Shown piece by piece: positions 1-8,195 of a DNA stretch of 24,000 nt (positions are counted from its first letter, which is position 1; every line of letters begins with the position of its first letter). Made by a program: the position numbers and the translations under genes. The notes under the pieces are model-generated. The model saw nothing but the letters and a program-made list of their open reading frames with translations. It searched no databases and was not told the DNA's origin. Source of the stretch: Thiogranum sp. (GTDB taxonomy: Bacteria > Pseudomonadota > Gammaproteobacteria > DSM-19610); assembly GCA_032251035.1 (NCBI GenBank), contig JAVVEV010000023.1, positions 7,545 through 31,544 on the forward strand. The letters run 5' to 3'.

Positions 1-1047
1 CCCTGTAAACTGGTCCAGGATGTCGTGCCTGAACGCGTTGATCACAACAAAATAAGCACGGCGACTTTCTTTACTATAGGCGAACTCCGCCAAATATCCG
101 TCACCATCACCTCCATGCCCGTATATCCGATGGCCGTTAAACCAGGTGTTGCGGATACCTAAACCATAGCCGATTTGCAAACCGGCTTTTGCGGCCAGTG
201 ATGTCTCCGCTACTTCCATTCTTTTCAACGCCGACCTGGAGACAATGTCTTCCCTCAAGTACGGCTCAGCAGTGAATAACAGCAGAAACTTCGCCATATC
301 GGCGGCTGTGGTGTTCAACCCGCCAAAAGGACGAAACAATGTGTGCCAGTAAGGTATCTCCGTTTTCAGATCGGCGTCATAGCCGGTGACGAGGCTTCGT
401 TCCACTTCCTCGGTCCAGTGCAACTGTGAATCGTGCATACCGATAGCGGTGAGGATTTCCCGCTCAAACCAGCTGTCGTAATCTTCTCTGGTGACGGTTT
501 CAATTGCACGACCGACATAACCCGCACCGAGATTCGAGTAGCCATAATGATAGCCAGGCGGCCACTGCAACTGCCTTGCTTCGGACTTGATGTCTAACGC
601 CGCCTGCAGGCTGAGCGGATCAGGGTAATCGAATTCTTCACGGGTCAGATCCTGCAAGCCCGCCGTGTGCTCCAGCAACATCGCCAGCGTCACCGGAGTT
701 TCGGGCCAGGAGTTGTGTAAAGGAAGATCAGGGACAACTGTTTTCACCGGCTGATCGAGATGTAACTCACCCTGCTCGACCAGGTGCATGACGGCAAGCG
801 CGGTGAAGGTTTTGGTGATGGAGCCCACGCGAAACAGACTCGTGGCTGTCACTGGGCGGGCGTCATCAACACCGTATTGACCCATCCCGCCTGTGGCGAC
901 GATTTGATTATTCTCAACCATGGCATAGGAAACCGCACCGATGCCGGTTTGTCGTTTAACCCGCTCGAGCTGCAACAGCAACTGGTCTGGCTCTGCCGCA
1001 ACTGGATTTGTTACAAGGAATGCGCAAACGGACAGAACCCAGAACAT
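1..1047 (-). CDS. Secreted serine hydrolase, beta-lactamase fold (class C / EstB / PBP4*-like); 3' end runs off the window
   Basis: My own minus-strand translation from the ATG at 1047 gives a signal-like N-terminus, MFWVLSVCAFLVTNPVAA. It then shows an SxxK motif (GSITKTF), a Y-S-N motif (YGYSNLGAGY) and GHGG late in the protein. The frame stays open to position 1. It is absent from the ORF track because there is no stop in the window. Confidence 0.75.
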   Translation of the reverse strand, partial: MFWVLSVCAFLVTNPVAAEPDQLLLQLERVKRQTGIGAVSYAMVENNQIVATGGMGQYGVDDARPVTATSLFRVGSITKTFTALAVMHLVEQGELHLDQPVKTVVPDLPLHNSWPETPVTLAMLLEHTAGLQDLTREEFDYPDPLSLQAALDIKSEARQLQWPPGYHYGYSNLGAGYVGRAIETVTREDYDSWFEREILTAIGMHDSQLHWTEEVERSLVTGYDADLKTEIPYWHTLFRPFGGLNTTAADMAKFLLLFTAEPYLREDIVSRSALKRMEVAETSLAAKAGLQIGYGLGIRNTWFNGHRIYGHGGDGDGYLAEFAYSKESRRAYFVVINAFRHDILDQFTG

Positions 1048-1087
1048 ATAGTGCCGCCACGGCAGGCTTCCCGTACACAGGTTCTTC

Positions 1088-2089
1088 CTAGCCATCGCCA
1101 TTATAAATACTCACTCTGATATCCGCATTGGCCGCATCATCCGTCAACGCCACATCATCTGTATAGCCATACGGGTCCGTAATCACACCGAGATCGGTCA
1201 GTATACGTCTGTAATCGGGCATCGCACGGCTGACCCTGTACTCGGCAAAAAGCAGTTTGAAAATTTCCACCCCTGCGAGTGAATCGAGCCGCTCCGCTAT
1301 CGAGGCGGCGGACATCGACTCGTGCTGGCAGCAATCCTTGAGTTCTTTGAGCACCCTGTCCAGGGTCATTTTATTCCGGGTTAGTTGCCTGAGTTTTATG
1401 TCCGCCGTCAGCCAGTAATGCACGCCGCTCCAGTGCACTCGCATGAAGCTGCGATACTTGCGCATATGATCACTGATCTCTACAAGCTCGATGTTAGACC
1501 ACTGGTTCTGTTTTTGCCCTCGAGCGAGACCGGCCGCCAGCTTGCCCCACAGGCCAGCTTCGCTCAAATGACCCGCGCGCGCCTGAATAATGTTCTGATA
1601 ATAGGTGGCAAGTCCTTCCGAAAACCACATATCGCCATACCCCCTGTACGGGATGAGCAAATGACTCAGCTCATGATATGCGGTCCAGTCACTCACGATC
1701 TCCTGAAAACCTGATTCAGCATCGAGAACCAGCAGCACGTGGTCTGGCTTGCCACGTGTAACCTGCCCCCAGGGTACCGGACTCTGAAGGCCCGAACCCT
1801 GTTTAATGGTGATATTGAATTTGTCGTCGGGCCATTCCCCGTAAACGGTCAGCAAAGCGTCGGAAACCATCTGTAACCATACATACGCCAGCTGACGTTC
1901 CTTTTTCGACATGGTGGATGCATAGTCGATATAGATACGCTGATACTGGTGCGCAATCGTGTCAGCACCTGCCGGCGCACTCACTGACAGCAAAGGCACC
2001 AGCGGGAGCACGTATCTCAAGCGCTGAAGCAGCCACAGACCGAATATCACGAACGCTGCGCAGTTCGGAAGTGCCAGCCTATCTGTCAA
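1088..2089 (-). CDS. Putative secreted zinc metallopeptidase, MA-clan (HExxH...E, Peptidase_MA_2-like)
   Basis: 333-aa ORF with a hydrophobic N-terminus. It has an HELSH motif followed 15 residues later by WFSEGLATYY, the gluzincin third-ligand context. The called TTG start overlaps the upstream TPR gene stop (TTGA), suggesting translational coupling. The family call is from motif memory only. Confidence 0.6.
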   Translation of the reverse strand: MTDRLALPNCAAFVIFGLWLLQRLRYVLPLVPLLSVSAPAGADTIAHQYQRIYIDYASTMSKKERQLAYVWLQMVSDALLTVYGEWPDDKFNITIKQGSGLQSPVPWGQVTRGKPDHVLLVLDAESGFQEIVSDWTAYHELSHLLIPYRGYGDMWFSEGLATYYQNIIQARAGHLSEAGLWGKLAAGLARGQKQNQWSNIELVEISDHMRKYRSFMRVHWSGVHYWLTADIKLRQLTRNKMTLDRVLKELKDCCQHESMSAASIAERLDSLAGVEIFKLLFAEYRVSRAMPDYRRILTDLGVITDPYGYTDDVALTDDAANADIRVSIYNGDG

Positions 2090-3147
2090 TTGGTCATCCT
2101 GAGTCCGGAGACCAGCGTCTGGATTTCGTCAAACATCTGCTGGCTGAATTCGATGGTTTCGGCGCGTTTTTCACCCGCGACTCTGATGGCTTCCAGACCC
2201 GCTCTGGCGATTCTGACTTGCGGGTGATCCTGACCGAAGTCTCCGCTCAAGAGAATCACTACCAGTTCAAACTGCGGTTTAGCTTCGTCCAGGCGTTTTC
2301 GTGATCCGTAGAAGCTTCCAAGTTCATTCAGAATGACAGCAAGCTCGAGGCGATCTTGTGCAGGCGCATCTTCCCAAACCTGTGCGGTTCGGCGATACAT
2401 CGCCGCCGCCTCAGAAAATCGTTTCTGATTTGAATAAAAATCGCCAAGATTGTGCATAGCCATGGCAGTATCCCGAGCATCCGCGCCGGCGCCTGTTTCC
2501 AGAAGATGCAGCGCCCGTTTAAGACGCTGTTCCGCGTCATCGAAACGTCCGTTCTTCATCGCCAGACCGGCCAGATCATTCAATCCTCTCGCGAGCGACG
2601 GGTGGATTGTTCCAAGAGCCTGCTCTTGTATTACCAGACTCCGTTCCAGCAGCTCCTCGGCCTCTGAATACCGATTCTGCGCAAGATATATAATTCCCAA
2701 CTCGTCGAGAACCAGAGCCAGCTTCAGGTCGTCGCCATTTAAACTGGATTGCGCGATCTCCACCACAGCCAGTTGATAGGCTTCAGCACTGGCATAATCT
2801 CCGCCCTTGAAGGCGTATCCAGCAGCGGCCCTCAAATAATCGGCGTTATCAGGATTCAGCAGCAATGCTTCTTCAATGAAGCGCTGCGCCAAATTGAAAT
2901 CTTTCCGATCTGCTGTAATCAGGCTCAGGTTGAACGCAGCCTCCGCTGCCTGTCGCCGCCTGCTCGTGCGTACCTGCTCGAAATAAAGCTCTGACGCTGC
3001 TTTGACTCCATCTTCCGGCTGACTCGACGAACCTGATGGGTCTTCGCCCATCAAATCAACCGTGGATGCCAGACCGCTGCCGCAGAATACGAGACTGAAA
3101 AACGACAGCGCGAATCGGAGTAATGTAGATCTGGACTGTGTGCCCAT
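2086..3147 (-). CDS. Secreted/lipoprotein-like TPR repeat protein
   Basis: Repeated TPR_10/12-like units, for example LALVLDELGIIYLAQNRYSEAEELLERSL and AMAMHNLGDFYSNQKRFSEAAAMYRRTAQ. I moved the start to the ATG at 3147 (MGTQSRSTLLRFALSFFSLVFCGSG), which has a strong RBS (GAAGGAGAAAATCT-ATG). The track start at 3234 adds 29 non-signal residues. Confidence 0.75.
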   Translation of the reverse strand: MGTQSRSTLLRFALSFFSLVFCGSGLASTVDLMGEDPSGSSSQPEDGVKAASELYFEQVRTSRRRQAAEAAFNLSLITADRKDFNLAQRFIEEALLLNPDNADYLRAAAGYAFKGGDYASAEAYQLAVVEIAQSSLNGDDLKLALVLDELGIIYLAQNRYSEAEELLERSLVIQEQALGTIHPSLARGLNDLAGLAMKNGRFDDAEQRLKRALHLLETGAGADARDTAMAMHNLGDFYSNQKRFSEAAAMYRRTAQVWEDAPAQDRLELAVILNELGSFYGSRKRLDEAKPQFELVVILLSGDFGQDHPQVRIARAGLEAIRVAGEKRAETIEFSQQMFDEIQTLVSGLRMTN

Positions 3148-3365
3148 AGATTTTCTCCTTCGATATTCATGGAAACGCGAAGCGGCCATGAGCACCTGTT
3201 GACGTCGATGTACGCAGTTACCGACGGTGCGCACAGACTATTTTGATCGGTCCGGTCATGCTTCGAGAAAAGTTATGACTGGTTAATTCTTTGTCGAACG
3301 AATTCCGTGGACATTACAGTTTTATCGCGCTGAGGGGCGGGATGAGCAACAGGCCGCAACCGATG

Positions 3366-3394
3366 GGAACCGATGAAGCAAATGACTTGTCTAC
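3366..3394 (+). promoter_or_regulatory. Candidate ECF-type promoter GGAACC-N17-GTCTAC upstream of the Gly/Tyr/His-rich gene
   Basis: The sequence is GGGAACCGATGAAGCAAATGACTTGTCTACCGG. It has the same architecture as the site upstream of the ECF sigma gene at 10995 (GGAACCG-N16-GTC-NNN-CGG). It lies about 75 nt upstream of the ATG at 3470 in the correct orientation. Confidence 0.35.
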
Positions 3395-3469
3395 CGGTTA
3401 GCGAGCGACACAGCAGCCATATGCCTACCTTTAAACGATGTCAGAAAACGACCCCACGGAGCCACAACC

Positions 3470-3784
3470 ATGAACAAGATCCCGGCCCTGAATTTTTCCG
3501 CCCTTTTGAAGATAGCCGCACTGATAATGATCATGTTTGCATTCACACCGGGCCAGGTACTGGCGGGTTATGGCTACGGCTACAGCCATCAGGACCGGCA
3601 CTACGGGTACCGGGGCGGGCATCAGCGAGGGAATTACGGGCACAATTACGTTTACAAAAACCGCTATTATGGAAGTCACGGCAGACATCACAGGTACTAC
3701 AACAGGGGATACTACAGCGGTTATCGCGGATCTAACGGGCATTCCAGCAGTCGTCGTCACGGGTCCTTAAAGCGCCATCGCTGA
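3470..3784 (+). CDS. Small secreted low-complexity protein rich in Gly/Tyr/His/Arg
   Basis: 104 aa. GGAG lies 8 nt upstream of the ATG. A 32-aa signal-like N-terminus ends in VLA. The 72-aa mature part has, by my count, 15 Tyr, 15 Gly, 12 Arg, 10 His and a single acidic residue. Three overlapping shadow ORFs on both strands are explained by the repetitive codon content. Confidence 0.55.
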   Translation: MNKIPALNFSALLKIAALIMIMFAFTPGQVLAGYGYGYSHQDRHYGYRGGHQRGNYGHNYVYKNRYYGSHGRHHRYYNRGYYSGYRGSNGHSSSRRHGSLKRHR

Positions 3785-3933
3785 TCAATAAAAAAACCGG
3801 ATTCGCAGACCCGGAATCCAGACAGGGCGCATAACCTTGCCACTGGATCGGCAGCATGCTGATGGCCATACCATGCTTATCATGAAACAATAAAAAACAT
3901 ATCGGCAGCTGAGTCCGATAGTCACCGGAGAAA

Positions 3934-4473
3934 ATGTTTATGCGACACCTGTTCCTGTTCCTGGCATTAATACTTACCCAGCCGGTTGGAGCCGATCAGT
4001 CCGCGCCACCGGCGGAAGGAAATACAATGGACAACGCGCGTCTGCAGGCACTCATTGAAGGTATTGCCACGGATATTGAGGGACAACCCGGCTACTGGCG
4101 CTTTGACATCGAGAGCTTTCCCGTGAGCGTGATAACAGACGAAAAGGCAGACCGCATGCGCATCATCGTTCCGGTCGCGGAGGTCGGCGCCATGGATGCT
4201 GAGCGGCTGATGCGCCTCATGCAGGCCAATTTCGATTCCGCACTGGATACGCGCTACTCGATTGCCCAGGGCCTGTTGTGGAGCGCGTTCATCCACCCGC
4301 TGTCGGCATTGTCTGATCGGCAATTTATCGATGGACTGGCGCAGACCGTCAATCTGGCCGCGACCTATGGCAGCAGCTACAGCTCCGGTGCCCTGATCTT
4401 CAGCGGCGGCGACAGCCAGGGGGAGCAGGACAAGATCTACCGGGCGATTATCGAGCGCGACAGCTCTATCTGA
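3934..4473 (+). CDS. Secreted hypothetical protein, tentatively CesT/YbjN-like chaperone fold
   Basis: 179 aa with a signal-like N-terminus, (MF)MRHLFLFLALILTQPVGA. The core DRMRIIVPV...LMQANFDSALDTRYSIAQGLLWSAFIHPL resembles CesT/YbjN-family proteins from memory. The alternative start at 3940 is better spaced from the GGAG. Confidence 0.45.
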   Translation: MFMRHLFLFLALILTQPVGADQSAPPAEGNTMDNARLQALIEGIATDIEGQPGYWRFDIESFPVSVITDEKADRMRIIVPVAEVGAMDAERLMRLMQANFDSALDTRYSIAQGLLWSAFIHPLSALSDRQFIDGLAQTVNLAATYGSSYSSGALIFSGGDSQGEQDKIYRAIIERDSSI

Positions 4474-4481
4474 GAAAGCTC

Positions 4482-4976
4482 TTGTTCACGCCGATGTTGT
4501 TCCTGTATCTGTTCATCGGTGCGTTCGCATCGGCGGCGGCGGCCAGCGATACATTGCCGGTGCACGATGCATTCGCGCGCGCCGACCGTGGTGAGCTGAC
4601 ACTCATCGACATCCGCAGCTCGCAGGAGTGGCTTGAAACCGGCATCCCCTCTCCTGCCCGCGCTTTGTCGATGTACGACCGGGATTTTCTGCTGCAACTG
4701 AATAACATCATCGTCGCGACCGACAACCGGCCAGTCGCATTTATCTGCGCCACCGGAAGTCGTTCCGCCTGGCTGAGGCAGGCGCTGGCGGCACGCGGCA
4801 TGTTAAATCTGCTGGATGTCCCGGAGGGCATGCTGGGCAATTCGGCCGGCCCTGGCTGGCTCCGCGCCGGCCTGCCGGTCCGTCCTTACGACGGTCCCGA
4901 CCCGCGGCACGCGCCGACCTACAGTCTCTGGGAGCGGTTGCGCGGTAGCTACCGGCCGCCCTGGTTCGCACATTAA
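4482..4976 (+). CDS. Secreted rhodanese-domain sulfurtransferase
   Basis: 164 aa with a signal-like N-terminus. It has a rhodanese active-site loop, CATGSRS, preceded by LIDIRSSQEW. The start is either the TTG at 4482 or the ATG at 4494. It lies 8 nt after the previous gene. Confidence 0.7.
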   Translation: MFTPMLFLYLFIGAFASAAAASDTLPVHDAFARADRGELTLIDIRSSQEWLETGIPSPARALSMYDRDFLLQLNNIIVATDNRPVAFICATGSRSAWLRQALAARGMLNLLDVPEGMLGNSAGPGWLRAGLPVRPYDGPDPRHAPTYSLWERLRGSYRPPWFAH

Positions 4977-5140
4977 CGCTGTGATTGAGCGATCACGGCA
5001 CCTGGAGTTGTAATAAATCCGCCCGCCGCACGACCAATCGTCAATATGCAGAATCCAGGACACATAGAGGAAGAAAGGCATGACCTCCGGCCCGCATTCG
5101 GCTCCACACTTCAACCTGGACAGCCTGACGGCGGTGAGAA

Positions 5141-6931
5141 ATGCGAACTAGACAGAGCGCCGGCATCAGTCTTCTTGCACTGACGCCGGTGGGTTCACCA
5201 CCAGCGCCCTGGCTGAGAATTGCGGGTCCGGTACTGGACCGCTTGCTTGGAATCCGCGCACTGGATTCGCTCTATCGGCAGCACCGGCTGCAGAGTCTGC
5301 CGCCCCTCGAATTTGCGTCCCGGACCCTGGAGATACTCGGAATATCGGTATCCACGACGCCTGCAGATTGGTCGGAGTACGTTCCGGCGCGAGGTCCGTT
5401 ACTGATCGTGTGCAACCACCCCTTCGGCGGCGTCGAGGCGCTGGCACTTGCCAGGGAACTCAAGGCGATACGCACCGACATCAAATTTCTCGCCAATGCG
5501 GCGCTCAAGGTATTCAGCGAGTTGCACCCCCTGTTCATCGCCACCAATCCGCTGAAAACCAGCCATGCGAATCAGGCTTCCATCCGTCATTGCCAGACGC
5601 ATCTTAGAGACGGCGGAGTCCTGGTCCTGTTCCCCGCGGGACGGGTTTCTTTTCAGCAGCATCACAAAGCCCGTATTGCTGACGGCCAGTGGCATCGCAT
5701 GGTCGGTCACCTGGCAAAAACCACCGGCGCCACACTGTTGCCAGTGTTCTTCCACGGCGCCAACAGCCGCCTGTTCCACGTCATGGGCCGCGTATGGGAC
5801 AGATCCAAATTACTGATGCTACCCCGTGAATTTCTTAAGCTGCGCGGTCGGCGGATCCGTTTCAACGTTGGCCGCCCGCTGCCACCGCCGCTCTGGCAAC
5901 ACATGAATGCCCCTGAACTGACGGCCTATGCACGTGTCATGACCTATCTGGCGCAAGACATGGACTGCGGAGAAACGCCGGCCAACGATGCTGGGACACC
6001 AGCCGCTGAGCTGGCACCGTATGGCGACAGGACTGCCATATGCAACGAACTCGACACTCTCCCGGCACGACAGAAACTGCTGGACTTCAAGCAATTCTCG
6101 GTCTTCTACGCCATGAGTGCACAGATCCCCACGCTGATGCGAGATATTGCCCGCGAACGCGAGCGCGTGTTCCGCCTCTATGACGAGGGCAGCGGGCAGG
6201 CGCGCGACACGGACGGCTATGATCGTAGCTATGTTCAACTGTTCGTCTGGGATCGCGACACTCAGTCGCTGGTCGGTGCTTACCGGATGGGTCGAACCGA
6301 TCTGCTCAAGCAACAATACGGTCCCGCAGGTAACTATCTAGCGCAGATGTTCGATTTTGATATGGACTTTCATGATCCCGCCGCCGCGGCCCTGGAACTG
6401 GGTCGATCCTTCGTGATACCCGAACACCAGAAAAGCTTTTATGCACTCTACCTGCTTTGGCAAGGCATTGGACACTATCTGGTCGCACACCCGCAATACC
6501 GAAGGCTGTACGGTACGGTATCTCTGTCCCGGCTGTATGATTATCGGGCAGTGCTTTCGCTCTGCGACGCGCTGATCGAGCCCTCGCCTCACGTCAGACC
6601 AAAACATCGGATGCTGAACACGCCGCATCCCGAATGGCGCGACTATCAGGCTATCAAAGGCCGCCCCGATCTCAAGACACTGTCGGCCATCGTTCGCGGA
6701 CTGGATGCAGGCGGCAGGGATATCCCCGTTCTGCTGAAGCACTACCACAAGATCGGGGCGAAGTTCCACTGTGTAGGCGTTGATCCCAACTTCAACAATA
6801 CGCCGGGATTGCTGTTATCGGTCGACATCGCCAGCATGACGCCGAAGCTGGTCTCCACTTTTCTCGGGAAGGACGCCGGTGCTTATCTGGCTTATGGGGC
6901 CGTGCACGACAACCGCGGACGTCCCGGATGA
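5141..6931 (+). CDS. Bifunctional acyltransferase: N-terminal LPLAT/PlsC-like O-acyltransferase plus C-terminal OlsB-like (GNAT-fold) N-acyltransferase (OlsF-like aminolipid synthase)
   Basis: 596 aa. The N-terminal half has CNHPFGGVEA (an NHPFG..D/E acyltransferase box) and FPAGRVS. The C-terminal half has YVQLFVWD...LVGAYRMG and LELGRSFVIPEHQKS, which is typical of OlsB/hemolysin-like N-acyl amino acid synthases. The domain order matches the published OlsF architecture. Confidence 0.65.
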   Translation: MRTRQSAGISLLALTPVGSPPAPWLRIAGPVLDRLLGIRALDSLYRQHRLQSLPPLEFASRTLEILGISVSTTPADWSEYVPARGPLLIVCNHPFGGVEALALARELKAIRTDIKFLANAALKVFSELHPLFIATNPLKTSHANQASIRHCQTHLRDGGVLVLFPAGRVSFQQHHKARIADGQWHRMVGHLAKTTGATLLPVFFHGANSRLFHVMGRVWDRSKLLMLPREFLKLRGRRIRFNVGRPLPPPLWQHMNAPELTAYARVMTYLAQDMDCGETPANDAGTPAAELAPYGDRTAICNELDTLPARQKLLDFKQFSVFYAMSAQIPTLMRDIARERERVFRLYDEGSGQARDTDGYDRSYVQLFVWDRDTQSLVGAYRMGRTDLLKQQYGPAGNYLAQMFDFDMDFHDPAAAALELGRSFVIPEHQKSFYALYLLWQGIGHYLVAHPQYRRLYGTVSLSRLYDYRAVLSLCDALIEPSPHVRPKHRMLNTPHPEWRDYQAIKGRPDLKTLSAIVRGLDAGGRDIPVLLKHYHKIGAKFHCVGVDPNFNNTPGLLLSVDIASMTPKLVSTFLGKDAGAYLAYGAVHDNRGRPG

Positions 6932-7461
6932 GGACAGCCAGCGTGAAATTGCAGGTCAATGACAATATCGCAACCCTGCAACAGGGTGCCAGGTTACTGC
7001 AGTGTATCGATGACGACCTGTACCGGCGCCGCATCGAAAATGTTTTCGCCACTTCCATCGGTGCTCACGTGCGCCACAACCTGGGGCATTACAGAATTTT
7101 TCTCGACGCGCTTGAAACCGGTGACATCGACTACAGCGCACGCTGCCGTGATGCCGCGATTGAAGTCGATCGCACCGCCGCACTGACTGAAACCGCCAAC
7201 ATCTGCGGACAGTTGCACGGAGTATCCATACTGCGCCAGGACCTGCAATTACAGATTCGCAACAGCCGCGGCGACGCCTGCGCAACGACATCGACCTGCG
7301 TCTCCCGCGAACTTGAATTCCTCCTCGGCCACACCATTCATCATTACGCAATTATTGCGATCATCTGCCGTCTGCAGGACGTGGCGCTCGAGGAAGGCTT
7401 CGGCGTGGCGCCATCCACTCTCTGTCACCTGGAATCATTGAAATCCGCATGTGTACGCTGA
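6928..7461 (+). CDS. DinB/YfiT-like four-helix-bundle metalloprotein (tentative)
   Basis: 177 aa. Its ATG overlaps the upstream stop (ATGA). The His-rich motifs GAHVRHNLGHY and LLGHTIHHYAII sit at the positions expected for a DinB_2-type His triad. The fold call is from motif memory only. Confidence 0.45.
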   Translation: MRTASVKLQVNDNIATLQQGARLLQCIDDDLYRRRIENVFATSIGAHVRHNLGHYRIFLDALETGDIDYSARCRDAAIEVDRTAALTETANICGQLHGVSILRQDLQLQIRNSRGDACATTSTCVSRELEFLLGHTIHHYAIIAIICRLQDVALEEGFGVAPSTLCHLESLKSACVR

Positions 7462-8195
7462 GCTGGAAGCCGATCGACGACGGTTATGTACTGATGTTCA
7501 ATCGTGATGAACAACGCTCGCGGACGCCGGCACTGCCACCCGATTTCGGACAGGTCGGCAGCGTGATGTTCCTGGCGCCGACCGATCCCCAACACGGCGG
7601 CACCTGGCTGCTGGTCAACGAATTCGGTGTAAGCGTTGCGCTGCTGAATCACTATCCCGAACCGATTCCGTCGTACCATGTGAATGCACCTTCGCGCGGC
7701 CTGCTGACAGTAGCGTGCGCCGATTGTCACAGTGTCGATACGCTCGTTAGCCGCGTACCTGGAATCGTGCCCACACCCTACGCGCCGTTCCGGCTCGTCG
7801 CGGTCGATCTGACCGGGGCAGTAGAGATTATCTGGGATGGGCGCACCCTGACATCCTCCCGCCTGCCGCTGCAAGGCGGCATGCTGACTTCGTCTTCGGT
7901 GCGATCGCAAGAAATTGAAGCCGCCCGTCGCGGCACCTTCGAACAGCTTGTCGGAGCAATCGAAGCAGCCACTGTCGCGCAGCTGGCACAATTCCATCAC
8001 CACACTGCCGCCGACGGCGCCAAGGGTATCCGCATGTCGCGCTCCGACGCGTGTACCCACAGCATCGCAACGATAACCGTGTCTGCAAAAACCGGGGCGG
8101 CCGCAATGGACTACCAGGCGCTGCTACCTGCGGATCCACAAGCCTGCGTCACGGTGATGAGACTGCCGCTGCAAGCGGGCAGCGCTCTGCCATGA
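7449..8195 (+). CDS. NRDE-family protein (TANGO2 homolog), Ntn-hydrolase-like with N-terminal Cys
   Basis: 248 aa beginning MCTLSW...LMFNRDE, the defining Met-Cys start and NRDE motif of PF05742. It overlaps the upstream gene by 13 nt. Confidence 0.75.
   Translation: MCTLSWKPIDDGYVLMFNRDEQRSRTPALPPDFGQVGSVMFLAPTDPQHGGTWLLVNEFGVSVALLNHYPEPIPSYHVNAPSRGLLTVACADCHSVDTLVSRVPGIVPTPYAPFRLVAVDLTGAVEIIWDGRTLTSSRLPLQGGMLTSSSVRSQEIEAARRGTFEQLVGAIEAATVAQLAQFHHHTAADGAKGIRMSRSDACTHSIATITVSAKTGAAAMDYQALLPADPQACVTVMRLPLQAGSALP

Noticed and set aside
784-2304. Plus-strand ORFs 784-1119, 1385-1714 and 1918-2304.
   Set aside because: They are antisense to the serine hydrolase, peptidase and TPR genes, which carry clear catalytic or repeat motifs.
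3373-3770. Three further ORFs overlapping the Gly/Tyr/His-rich gene: 3373-3735 (+), 3431-3760 (-) and 3537-3770 (+).
   Set aside because: They are open only because the region is compositionally repetitive (TAC/GGC/CAC-type codons). Only the 3470-3784 frame has an RBS, a signal peptide and an upstream promoter-like motif.
3785-3825. A possible terminator hairpin after the Gly/Tyr/His-rich gene (GGATTC-N9-GAATCC after an A-run).
   Set aside because: It has a 6-bp stem with a 9-nt loop and no following T-tract, so it is not convincing as an intrinsic terminator.
5080-5151. A 23-codon upstream ORF (MTSGPHSAPHFNLDSLTAVRNAN) with a purine-rich RBS-like stretch (AGAGGAAGAAAGGC). It overlaps the OlsF-like start by 11 nt and could be a leader peptide.
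   Set aside because: It is too short to evaluate without conservation or ribosome-profiling data. It could equally be chance, so it is not reported as a feature.
8051-8191. Longer N-terminal extensions proposed by the ORF track. These are the hydroxylase from 8051, the sigma from 10922, DoxX from 17736, groEL from 22683, prs-like from 23841, the TPR protein from 3234 and the precursor from 15842.
   Set aside because: In each case the extension is Arg/Gly-rich or overlaps the preceding gene. An internal ATG with a good RBS or a stop-start overlap gives the family-typical N-terminus.
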